Assembly (NCBI GenBank): GCA_950097015.1
Contig: CATNEN010000038.1
Location: forward strand, 558,001 to 622,000
Source: Macrostomum hystrix
Lineage: Eukaryota; Animalia; Platyhelminthes
Length of the DNA: 64,000 bases
Direction: 5' to 3'
This document shows, one piece after another, positions 1 through 12,600 of the stretch. Each line of letters starts with the position of its first letter. Position 1 is the first letter of the stretch. The notes under the pieces were generated by a model. The model made no database searches. It saw nothing but the letters and a program-made list of their open reading frames with translations, and had not been told where the DNA came from. The position numbers were made by a program, and so were the translations under genes.

Positions 1-945
1 CAGCAGCTGAAGTTGTGAGTTTCATAAATGCTTGAAACAAAAAAATCTATAGTGCTTTGTTGCTATTATTTGTGCCTAAACTTAAGCTTCGGTTTTTGTT
101 TGTCCAGAAGCTCGGTTTCAATGGAGTCTTTTCAGAATAAACTATACTCACGTAGTGAGCTTAACTTTGAGACTTCAAGTTTATGCTTAAGACCCATTTG
201 ACAGAAATTGGAACGAAAAAACGTTTTTAAGCGAAAGTTCAATGCTTCACAGACTCACTCTTCACACTACCTGATTACTCACAAGTCAACAAGCCATGTG
301 AACGTGAATGATATATATTAGACCATGCTGCCAAATATAGAATATTTGTGATACCATATTGTCCTTTCATAAAGAATTCTGCTATTCGTACCAGCTCGCC
401 ACAACGTGTTATGACAAAAATGGTCACTTGTGACCCCTGCCACAGCCCCGGCCGCGTGCTCAGCGCATCTGGTCCAGGTGCTCAGACGCATAGAACTAGA
501 CTCTAGAATAGAATCAAGTTTATTTATCAGAATACTCTGCGCTCGGAAATATGTACAGTCGGGCACCGGTGCAGAGGCCAGCGTGTGCACTGTATGCTGG
601 GTTTTTGTGCCGAAAAAAGGGCGAGACCGCGAGTTTCTCGGGGTGCGGGGTTGGTCATTCCAGCTGGCAGCTGAGGTGGTTGCGTCTGTATTGTCTGTTC
701 AAGGTGCACGCTCCAATTGTGTGACAATGCTCACATGAATTCCAGTCCTGTGCAATCGGATGCTTTCGACTTATTAATAGCAGCCTCCCCAGTTGACCAG
801 GGGAGGCGGTCACAGACGGTGAGCAAGAAGTCTAGGTCAAAAGGTCTCCTTGCTTGTCAGTATAAATTGTGTCGACAACAAGCCACCCTCTGAGCAACTT
901 AAGGGCCGCTAGAGCTCAACGGTAATCATCAACCCTACTGTGAAA

Positions 946-3900
946 ATGTCTGAGTCCGAGGCGACTCCGAGCCCGAATCGCTGCGTTCGGGCGCTGAAGG
1001 CCGTGCTGCGCCACCGGGCTGTGATAGTCACATTTGTGGTGCCCCTGGCTCTTCTACCCTTGATTTTCTATATTGGAACCAAGGTTTGCCAGTTTGCTTC
1101 CAATCCTTGTGTCCTGAGAATTTTTTTACTCTTGCTTGATTCGCACATTTCGATTGGACCTATGCTGCCTCACAGGAAGCCAAGGCGGCCTTCATCATCA
1201 TCACGATGTCGTTCTACTGGAACTTCGAAGTGGTACCACTCGGCATCACGGCGCTGATGCCGGTGGTGCTGGTGCCAGTCCTAGGCATCATGCCCAGCAG
1301 GGACATCTGTCCCTCTTACTTTAAGGTGTAGTACTGGAATATACTGGAATAGTTATTTATGTTCCCGCATGCAGTTAATCCTGAACTTTTCTTAACCTAC
1401 CTTCTTGCAGGACTCAAACATGCTGTTTCTTGGTGGGCTTATTCTGGCGGTGTCCATTGAAGTCTGGGATCTGCACAAGAGAGTGGCTCTGAAAGTTCTA
1501 CTACTATGCGGTGTTCAGCCCAGGTGGTGAGTGATAATGATGTGCTCTAATTTTACTAAAATATAGAATATTTAAAGCACTATTTGCGAGGGCCGCTTAC
1601 AGCTCAGTCTTGGGTAATTGAGAATTAAGTGTCTGGCTCGAGGACACATACTGTTTCCCCAGAGCTCAGATTCGAACTTAAGACTTCCGATTATGAGTCC
1701 AAAGACCTTACCACTGGTCACTCCATTAACTTCATCATATTTGGCATCAGCCCCTGTTTAAATTATGCTTACAATTCAGTATTAAGGGACTGCTTCGCCA
1801 GACTCAATCATGAGAAATGTCTAAGTTCAACTGAGAGTAAATTAGTCATATAAGAGCCTCATAATAAGTGAAACAGCAAAACATCACATTGTACTAGTAG
1901 CTCGTTATTAGTAAATCCAAAAAATTTCAAGATATACTTGTAATTCTGGTCCGATGTGCACAAAAATTGTTATTTAACTTAATGCCTTTGTTACCATGCA
2001 ATGGATAATATATTAACCGAGCTCATACTGGGGTTGCCTAGAAGAACTGGTTCTAACCGCCTCTTTTGGTAAACTCCTTCTTCACTCTTGCTCATGTCTC
2101 AAAGAAATTCTATGCTAAAGAATTTCTATGAGGTCGTCAAAGCAGCAACCAACTATCAGTTGTGTGTCGCCCTCTCTGACTTATGACTCAAGGCCAGAAA
2201 AACTCGGCGATTCGGTTTAGCAGCGTTCCCTTTGGTTGGGTGTCACATGGAAAGCAGAGCTTTTCCTAGCCTGCTTTGCCTTATTATGCGACCCTATTCA
2301 CTAATTTTTGTGTGAGCTATCAGAGGGCAGAACAGCTCGTAAAAGCTAAAATGTAATGAGACTTGTGCGAAACTTTATATTCTTCCTATTAAACGAAACA
2401 AGAGAAGCCAATGTCTGTGTACAATTACACGGGGTACTATACACAGTCTATGCCTCACTTCTCTCGCTTAGTTCGTGCTCTGTGAAATTCTGAAGTGTGA
2501 GCTAAAAGCTAGTTTTCTATCTAAATTAGTGCGGATGCTTGAAATTTTATTTCGCGGTTTTGAGCACTTTACAATAAATGTGTTTTAGTGGGCTCCAATA
2601 GCAACCAAAATGCGAGTTTTAATCTAAAACAATCGCTTAAAAGTAGAAAGACTTCACCTACTTTTCACCTTGGGGATACCCACTGCCTACTTCACAATAG
2701 CTCCCAGACCGAATGACCGATTTTCTTGAAAGTCCACCCATATGAATAAAAAATTTCACCACATTACTATTCTAGTCGACGACCCTAGAGACAAGAACAA
2801 GTAACTTTTCTCTGTATAAACTCACCACCAGACACTCCAGCGAAAATCATTGAATAACTCAATAATGCTGATGTTTGTGATTCTGGAAATTGTTTCATCG
2901 GGCGGAAAATGTTAGGCCTTGTTCTTGGTTTTCGTGGCGATTGGTTGAATATTCTAGAAGATACAGACAAAAGAAAAACGTGGGTATTGGATCAAAACTG
3001 CCGTGTTCTTTCTACTGTTAAGGAGCAATCGATGTTTAAAAGTTCAATAATTTAGATAAAACCTGACTGCACTCGCCCAGGCTGCTCTTCGGCTTCCTGA
3101 TTCCCACGTGGATCCTGTCCATGTGGATATCCAACACGGCCACCGTGGCCATGATGCTGCCCATTGCGGAGGCGGTGCTGGTGGAGCTGCGCAAGCACTA
3201 CCAGTCGCGGGGCGTCGCACAGAACGGCTCGCGCACCAGCTCACGTCTCAATGGCCACAGTGTTAACCCGGAGGGCGACGACGCCGCAATCGATGCCGAC
3301 AACGGTGAGCCGGCGGCAACGCAGGGTGTAGCCAACCCAGCCTTCGAGATGTCGGCTGCGTCGACTAACAGCGAACCAACCACGGCCACCACATTTGACA
3401 TCGGGATCGGAAACCACTCCGGCAGCTATCGGCGCAGAGGCTTTTACCCAGACAGTGATTTCGAAGGTCAAACCAGAGATCTGGACGACGAGATCGTTGC
3501 GGAAGACCGCACTGACGCTGAGGCGGAGATCGACTCGGCCCACGACATCGACATGCGCATGCCCATGAAGGAGTTCATCGCGCTGAAGGAGAACGCTGAG
3601 TTCGCCAACATCTGCCGCATGCTGATGCTGTCCGTGTCCTACGGAGCTGTGTTCGGCGGTGTTGCCACCCTCACAGGCACCGCTCCGAACGTCATTCTGA
3701 ATGGTATCGTGGCTGAGTACTTCGGCTCGGAGACGTCTCTGAACTACAGCAGCTGGATGTTCTTCGGACTGCCACTGGCTGTTGTGACCCTGCTCACGGC
3801 CTGGGTGTGGCTTCAGATAAGCTTCCTGGGGTTCAGGTTAGTCTCGTGATGCTAGACTATTGCAGTTTCTTTAAGTCTGTTGAATTTTCAGCTTGCAAGA

Positions 3901-6882
3901 GTCAATCTGTCCTGGAGCAGCTTCGCTCATTTTAAGAGCTATCATTCAAATAATTATCATTAAATTTTCAGAAGCTTCGTTCAACCGAATACGCTGCCGA
4001 AAAGCGACGAACAACGGATTAAGGCAACACTGAGAAGGGAATACGAAAAACTCGGACCAATATCGTTAGTAACGATGATGCTGCTGATTTTATTATTTCA
4101 TTTCATTTTCTCAATTCTAAATTTTTCCGTGCTCACTGTCAGTCTCTGGCTGGTTAGCCGTCTTCATTGCCCCGGATCCCAAGCACAAGAGCATCATTAG
4201 GGCTTGAAGCCAAGGGGTTCTGAGCGTTGAACGTTGGACGAGTTTAAGATCCGGGATTCGATTCCCAATCTGAAACTTAAAACATAAAACAGATAACTTG
4301 GGTAAGTTCTGTAGACTGCCGAATGCAGCTTTTAGATGCGACGCGCAATAGTTAGGGCTGCAGTGCTTTCGGCCGTACACCTGACACAATTAGGGCAGGT
4401 GCAAAAATTTATGCTTATCGAGCATCGATTATGCTTGAATCCTAATTAATTAATTTGCTTAGCCAGTCCAATTCAAAGAAATCTTCATCCATTTCAGCAA
4501 GTCTGACATACTAATTAAATTGCTTTATCCTTGCTGGACTGATTGTCGACATTCAGACTCATAAATCAAGTCATTACCTACCCAAACAGGTATGCTGAGG
4601 TAAACGTCATCCTGCTATTCGTGCTCACCGTCGGTCTCTGGATTGGTCGCGAGCCTGGCGTTCGCGGCTGGTCGGCCCTCTTCCTTGGCCCGGATCCGAA
4701 AAACACGGGCACCATTATGTCCTTCACCAGTGATGCTCAACCGTCGATTCTATCCGCCATCCTGCTGTTCTTTCTGCCCTCTAGGAATCCCTTCACCTGC
4801 TGCAGTTGCAAGTGCCCGAAACGGAACGGGAAAAAGTCGTCAAAAAGTCGCAGCAGAAGTACTTCGCACACTATTGACTTCGAGACGCCAGAGATTGAAT
4901 TGAAAATTGACGACCGACCAGACAGGATGATGACCTGGAGACTGATGCAGGACAGAGTGGCCTGGAACATCGTCCTCATGCTGGGTGCTGGTTTCGCTCT
5001 GGCCGACACCTCTAAGGTGAGTCCTTTTGATCAGTAGAAAGACGAAATTTTCTTTTTTGGCTTCTACCAAAATATTCAACCAATCGCAAGGAAAATCAAG
5101 AACATGGCGTAAAAAATTTGCGCTCAGGTGTCTGGTCTATCGGATTGGATTGGTCAGCAGCTGCTGCACCTGAAGGTGGTGCCTCTGGAAGCTCTGATCT
5201 TCATTTTCTGTCTGTTCTCAGCTTTGCTCACCGAGTGGACGTCAAATGGAACCGCGGCTACAATTCTACTCCCCATTTTGGCCAGCTTCGTAAGTTGGCA
5301 GTGCTTTGCGCGCAAGACTGAAAGTGCCTATAGCACGAATGCATTCAACTCTTTCCACTGCAGAGTCAGAACATTGGTGTGCATCCGTTCTACCTTATGC
5401 TCTCCTCGACGGCCTCTTGCTCGTTTGCTTTCATCCTGCCGATTTCAACGCCTGCCAACATTCTCGTGTACTCCAGGGGCTACCTTAGAGCGGTGGACAT
5501 GGTGAGCAGCGGCCCAGTCTGAATAGTGCATGCGCTGGTATCAATCAAGTGATGGTTTTTGCTTTAAGAAGGAATTTCACTAATGCTATTAAACTATGCA
5601 CATTAACGACTTCTCGTCACAGCGAGTAGAAGACCTGAGTTGAAGCAAAGTTAGGAGGATAATTGTAATTAGCATACAAGTAAATCATTGGCCAGCAAAC
5701 CAAGATCACGGGAGTCAGATACCCGATCCGGATAGATGCCAGATAGATACCGGATAGATGCCAGATAGATACAGGATAGATACCGGATAGATACCGGATA
5801 GATACCGGATAGATACCGGATAGATACCGGATAGATACCGAATGGATAATGGAAGATACCAGATAGATACCGGATAGATACCGGAATATACCGGATAGAT
5901 GCCAGATAGCTCGTAGATACCGGATAGATACCGGATAGATACCGGAAAATACCGGTTAGATACCGGAAGATACCGGATAGATACCGAATGGATACCGGAT
6001 AGACATCGGATAGATACCGGAAAATGCCGGTTAGATACCGGAAGATACCGGATAGATGCCAGATAGATACCGGATAGAGACCGGATAGATACCGGAAAAT
6101 ACCGGTTAGATACCGGAAGATACCGGATAGATACCGAATGGATACCGGATAGACATCGGATAGATACCGGAAAATGCCGGTTAGATACCGGAAGATACCG
6201 GATAGATACCGAATGGATACCGGATAGACATCGGATAGATACCGAATGGATACCGTATAGACACCGGATAGATACCGGATAGATACCGGATAGATACCGG
6301 ATGGATACCGGATAGACATCGGATAGATACCGGATAAATACCGGATAGATACCGGATGGATACCGGATAGACATCGGATAGATACCGGATAAATACCGGA
6401 TAGATACCGGATAGATACCGGATAGTTACCGGCCAAATAGCGACCCTGTAGCCCCCTTACAACCATGCTGTTTACTATCTCATCTCTCGATTGTCCAATC
6501 TCTCTCCGGTCTCATCTATCCTCTATCACTCGTCTCCCCGTCTCTTCTCTCTCTTCTCTCTTCTCTTTAATCTCTACCTTGTCTCATCTGTCCTCAACAT
6601 AATCTCTTCTGTACGTGGCTCATCTCAACACAATCCAAGCCACCCCTCTCGGTGCAGGCAGGCATAATAGTAGACTAAACTAAATATTTGAATATTTGAG
6701 AACAAGGGGGAGAACTATTCGTCAAACCGATCGTTCTCTGTCCACAGTTGCGCACAGGCTTCGTCATGTGGCTGATTAGCAACTCCATGGTTGCCGTGGC
6801 AACCATCTCCTACGCGCCGGCCATATTCGGTCTGCGAGAGCTGCCACCCTGGGCGGTGCGGAACCTCACAGCCACCGCCTGA
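946..6882 (+). CDS. SLC13/INDY-family Na+-coupled di/tricarboxylate (or sulfate) transporter, paralog A, 9 exons
   Basis: GT-AG exons 946-1083, 1176-1325, 1411-1526, 3081-3836, 3972-4064, 4590-5016, 5128-5289, 5364-5501, 6748-6882 join in frame. Motifs: [69 protein letters not shown]-terminal LPPWA. Confidence 0.93.
1590..1720 (-). mobile_element. Degraded tRNA-derived SINE (family 1) fragment in intron 3 of SLC13-A
   Basis: Reverse complement shows a tRNA-like head with B-box gttcgaatc followed by gtgtcctcgagccagacac, resembling the copies at 7950 and 31350. Confidence 0.55.
5727..6432. repeat. 11-bp minisatellite (ATACCGGATAG)n with variants, intron 8 of SLC13-A
   Basis: Visible periodicity; explains the [11 protein letters not shown] ORFs. 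Confidence 0.95.
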
Positions 6883-7947
6883 TGTCACAATGTCCCCGAT
6901 GTTCTGGTCCGCTTAATGACAAGTGAGATTTCCTACCGTGAAAATCCTTCTAATCATATTTAACTAGTAAACAAAAGTATTTTGTATGTACCTTGTTAGA
7001 AATTGGGAGTACTTGCCAACTAGCACCCAGTCCACTTTTTTAATATAAGTAATATTCAGAACATAAAAGTACATGCGCACGATGTACACGCGTCCACGCT
7101 AGTAATTGACATAATTTTTAAATTTACTCCTCTAGCTAATTTAACCAGCGTATGTTTTAATTCCAAATGCACTTGCAGCTTCTTAATAATTTTAACTTCA
7201 TTCAAGCTGTATTTATTTACGATTACGCTTGGATTGAATGAACAGATGTGCTAAAAATGGTCCCGAAGTATTTTTGACGAATTCGTGCATTGAATCTGGC
7301 TTTTCATGTTTTCTTACGTCTGTACTTATTAATTTTTAATATTTTCAGACCCATTGATAGTTTCTAGTAAAATTGAATTGCCGTACTTTTTTTATTGTGA
7401 GTTTTTTAGTCTTTGTGAATGTAACAAAGTAATCATTTGTTAAAATGATTAGTCACGATTTCTCCTTTAAAATGCGAGCGCATCTGAACTTTTCCATTTT
7501 AAGCACTTACCGATTTAAAATAGACTTTAATTCAAGTTTTCGTATTAAGCGCATGATTTCTGTGCACATTTAAAAGTAAAATTCTATTTAAAAGTCCAGA
7601 AAGTTATCCATAACAAAGAAATAAAAACTAAGAATAAAAAATGCTTGTTGTTAACTGTCTGCTGTGATAAATACTAAGGTTGTAAAAACTTTACTTTTTG
7701 TTTTACTATTTGCTAATTAATTTTTTTGTCAGTACATTAAAGCTCTGCGAGCTAGCGAGCTTCTCGTGTTTAACACAGAAAATGTTGCATTATATTGACA
7801 CTTACATTTTTTTAATAGATTCTACATGCACAGGGGTTAATATTACACGTTAATAACACAATTTAATATCATTGTGTTATAATCACGTTATCTACTATCT
7901 GTAGTCCCAGAGACAAATATAAAATTTAAGAGGCTTAATTATTTTGT

Positions 7948-8235
7948 GATCTCTAGCCTACTGGTAAGAGCGAGGGACTAACGACTCGAAGGTCGCGTGT
8001 TCGATTCCCGTCTCCACAGGAACAATTTATGTCCTTTAGCAAAGCACTTGACTCTACATTTCTTCAGTTCACCGAAGCTGTTGGCGTCGCATTAGCTGGG
8101 ATAATTGAGGGTGGGTGTGGCGTCCCCCAGTCCATGGACTGAAAAGCCTTTAGATGAGCTGCGCAACAGCTGCGGTTGTGCTTATTTAGACCGCCGGCGC
8201 CTATTGGTGTCCTAAATTATTAAATATCATTACTA
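7948..8235 (+). mobile_element. tRNA-derived SINE, family 1 (CORE-like central domain)
   Basis: A-box-like tagcctactggtaagagc, B-box gttcgattccc, then tgtcctttagcaaagcacttgactct...cagttcacc and the CAGTCCATGGACTG palindrome; dispersed copies elsewhere in the window. Confidence 0.8.
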
Positions 8236-8897
8236 TGAGATTTGAGGCGACTCCTATACGAGTTTCATTTTATGATTTTATCCAATCAGAAATCCACTGA
8301 AGAGCCTAGGGTAAACATTTTGCTCGGTTCCCAGAATGTCTTTGGTGGCGCTCATGCAGCTTGAATCAGCCTGTCCCAGCTGCTGCCAGTGAAGCAGGTA
8401 AAAAAACTAAAAAACAAAGCTGTCACTGCGTATTAATATGATATAATAACATTATTAGAGTTATTTAGTTACAATAAAACCGCATAAGGGAAATACTAGT
8501 AACAGTTTTCACTCTGACTATTTTTAGAAAAGTTCATCAAAATTTCAACAAAAAGACTTCTAAGAATTACTATGTTGTCAGCGGATAAAAAAGTTACTTA
8601 TTAATAAATAACAAGCTATAAAATAGGATCAAGAGTCAGAATTGAAGTTCTATTGTTATGCACTTTTGGTGACATTAAGACGCACATAGGATGCGCATGA
8701 TGTCCAACTTGCTTATAAATGTCGCTCTAGTTCATAGACTAAAGTTTAGTAGACCGCATTCAAGGAATAGCTTATTCAAACATTTTTTTCTATGGTAGAA
8801 AGTGGGGGCTTCGCCTCCACACCCCTTTCTCTTGCCCCTCGCGGTTAATACCCATAGACTAAAGCACATAGCAAAGTTTTTTCTGCACTTTTTGTAG

Positions 8898-9580
8898 TAT
8901 AGCTTTTGCCATTCAATCTCAGTGTTTTGTCATTCATACTCAGCCCCCATAGAATTAATCCAGCCAGTTGACGCGGTTTGGCCCATAGACTATCGCTTTG
9001 TGCCATTCAATCTCGGGTTTTGTCATTCAAACTCAGGCTTAAATGTGGAGAAGGAATGTGGATAAGGAATGAACAGGTTATTATTCCTCAGCTCGGCTCA
9101 TGTAACACAGGACCGAAAAACAGACTTGTTAAACTTGTTAAACATAATGCAGTTCATACACATTACAAGTCAAACACCTCTAGCATCATGGTGAGGAACA
9201 TACGGATTTGAGCGGAATTGTTAAAGTCTTGGATCAGAACAATGACTCAGAGAAAAGGAATTTGCATAATGCACCGTGGATACAGTCGGCTGCAGGCAAT
9301 CTCCCAGTTCAGAGGCGTCAACGTTGCCCAGGCGCTCCATGTAAGCAACTTACTTGTGCCATGTAAGCAAATGCTATGGAAGAAATTTCTAATTTAGCTG
9401 TCTTTGGGAGGACTGCGTTTGAGAGACCGAGCTTATAAAGCCTGAGTTTGAAGGACAAAACCCGAGATTGAATGGCACAGAGCCATAGTCTATGGGCCAA
9501 ACCGCGCCAACTGGCTGGATTAATTCTATGGGGGCTGAGTATGAATAACAAAACACTGAGATTGAATGGCAAAAGCTATA
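8898..9580. mobile_element. MITE / non-autonomous DNA transposon with ~140-bp terminal inverted repeats and TA flanks
   Basis: 8898-9040 is a near-perfect reverse complement of 9438-9580 (tatagcttttgccattcaatctc ... gagattgaatggcaaaagctata); no transposase inside. Confidence 0.85.
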
Positions 9581-9669
9581 TTAGTGTCATTATAGCGCTC
9601 GCGCGAAAAATATATCTTTTTTGTAGACAGCAGACTGTAAACGAATCGTCCTGGTCCCATTTCCGCACG

Positions 9670-12600
9670 CTATGCCGTAGCCGTGACATTTTTCACAGCC
9701 CAGGAAGGAAACTCGCGCAGACCAAAGATGGCCGGCGCGTACGAGATGGTTGCCACGGCAACCATGGAGTTGCTTAGCAACCACATGACGAAGCCAGTTC
9801 GCAGCTGTGGGGACAAATAGACAAATGTTTGTAAAAGAAAATAACTCTGAAATTATTCTGCGTTAAAAACGTTAACTCAACTACGACTAGTTTTACAATC
9901 GACGTTCGTACTGGTCTCTTGTCCTACATCACTGCCTCTTTGTCGGATTCAGATTCAATAAAATCTCAACTTCCGGCAGTTCGCAATATTTCTTGCGAGA
10001 ACAGGATTCCTGAAAAATGACCTTGACACATTCTTAGGACTCCAAGCCACAGTCAGCAACTTCCTCACCATGTCCACCGCCCGTAGGTAGCCCCTGGAGT
10101 ACACCAGAATGTTGGCTGGCGTTGATATCGGCAGAATGAAGGCGAACGAACAGGACGCCGTGGTTGACAGCATGAGGTAAAACGGATGCACGCCTATGTT
10201 CTGACTCTGCAGGACACCAAGAGATGAAAGTTCGTGATTTTGTATCTGCATTCTTCATTCCCTGATCCTTCATTCCCTGATCCTTCATTCCCTGATCCTT
10301 CATTCCCTGATCCTTCATTCCCTGATCCTTCATTCCCTGATCCTTCATTCCCTGATCCTTCATTCCCTGATCCTTCATTCCCTGATCCTTCATTCCCTGA
10401 TCCTTCATTCCCTGATCCTTCATTCCCTGATCCTTCATTCCCTGATCCTTCATTCCCTGATCCTTCATTCCCTGATCCTTCATTCCCTGATCCTTCATTC
10501 CCTGATCCTTCATTCCCTGATCCTTCATTCCCTGATCCTTCATTCCCTGATCCTTCATTCCCTGATCCTTCATTCCCTGATCCTTCATTCCCTGATCCTT
10601 CATTCCCTGATCCTTCATTCCCTGATCCTTCATTCCCTGATCCTTCATTCCCTGATCCTTCATTCCCTGATCCTTCATTCCCTGATCCTTCATTCCCTGA
10701 TCCTTCATTCCCTGATCCTTCATTCCCTGATCCTTCATTCCCTGATCCTTCATTCCCTGATCCTTCATTCCCTGATCCTTCATTCCCTGATCCTTCATTC
10801 CCTGATCCTTCATTCCCTGATCCTTCATTCCCTGATCCTTCATTCCCTGATCCTTCATTCCCTGATCCTTCATTCCCTGATCCTTCATTCCCTGATCCTT
10901 CATTCCCTGATCCTTCATTCCCTTCTACATATTTTATAAGTTCTAGCAGCTCACAAAGCTGGCCAGAATAGGCAAAAGGATGGTGGCCGCGGTGCCATTT
11001 GATGTCCACTCGGTGAAGAGTGCGGCAAACAGGCAGAAGATGAAGATGAGAGCTTCCAGAGGCACAACTTTCAGGTGGAGCAGCTGCTGGCCGATCCAAT
11101 CTGACAGGCCAGACACCTGAATGCGGATGTGAACAAAACTGCTTGAATTGAGCGATTAAAGTTCATTGTTCATTCAGAAGAAATTCTGGACTAGACAAAC
11201 CTTGGATGTGTCGGACAACGCGAACCCGGCGCCAAGCATGAGGACCAGATTCCAAGCCACTCTCTCCTGCATCAACCGGAAAGTCATCATTCGTTGCGGC
11301 ATTTTGTCAGCCTTCATCTCCAGATCGTTTGTGTCAGCCTCCACTGCAGATTGCTCATTCGAAGGGCTTTTACGATCAGCGTTGCATTTGCATTTGCAGC
11401 AGGTAAATGGATTCTTGGAGGGCAGGAAGAACAGCAGGATGGCGGACAGGACCGCCGGCTGGGCGTCGCTGACGTACGACATGATGGCGCTCTTGTTCCT
11501 GGGATCGGGGCCGAGGAACAGAATTGACCAGCCGCGGACGCCCGGCTCCCGCCCGATCCAGAGTCCGATGGTGAGCACAAAGAGTAAGATGACATTCACT
11601 TCAGCGTACCTAAACAATTTTTTTGATAGGATCATAAGTTAGACAGTTCTAGAAAATATGATCACAATCGATCGTATATCTGATCTTCTCTATGCAGATT
11701 GTCAGTTGGGTAAACGAAAGTGAATCTTGTCGTGGTCAGTAACGTTGTCAAGAACAAGGTTTTAGTTTCCCTCACGTGATTGGTCCAAGCTTGTTGTACT
11801 CCCTCAATAGAGTAGCCTTAATACGCTGTTCGTCACTCTTCGGCAAGGTTTTCGGTCGCACAAAGCTCCTAAATATAAGATAGACAATCGTTACTAAATT
11901 ATATCTAACTTATTTGTCATAAAAGTTTGCAGAGTTGTTCGAAATACATAAAACTCGAAAGCACCTTCAATATCATTATCATTCAATCGCGCACCTGAAC
12001 CCCAGGAAGCTTATCTGAAGCCACACCCAGGCCGTGAGCAATGTCACTACAGCCAGTGGCAGTCCGAAGAACACCCAGCTGCTGTAGTTCAGAGACGTCT
12101 CCGAGCCGAAGTACTCAGCCACGATACCATTCAGAATGACGTTCGGAGCGGTGCCTGTGAGGGTGGCAACACCGCCGAACACAGCTCCGTAGGACACGGA
12201 CAGCATCAGCATGCGGCAGATGTTGGCGAACTCAGCGTTCTCCTTCAGCGCGATGAACTCCTTCATGGGCATGCGCATGTCGATGTCGTGGGCCGAGTCG
12301 ATCTCCGCCTCAGCGTCGGTGCGGTCTTCCGCAACGATCTCGTCGTCCAGATCCCCAGTTTGACCATCAACGCCGTTTTCGAGATCGAAGTCGTTTCTGG
12401 CGTTTCTGTCGCTGTTCCCATGTTCCGACCCAGTTTTGTCCTGCAGACCGCGAGTCTGAGCTTCAATGACATTTTCTGAGTCAGAGTCTTGGTAACGTTT
12501 GTTTTCAACGTGATTTTCGACATCGCTTGAGGCGGACGCAGCCGCCATCTCGAAGGCTGGGTTGGCTACACCCTGCGTTTCCACCGGCTCGCCGTTGTCG

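Noticed and set aside
5669-6466. 265-aa and 219-aa repetitive ORFs
   Set aside because: Translations of the 11-bp intronic minisatellite.
10034-11099. ORFs (MKDQG)n, (NEGSG)n and (PDPSF)n
   Set aside because: By-products of the 15-bp intronic array; the flanking exons splice in frame without it.
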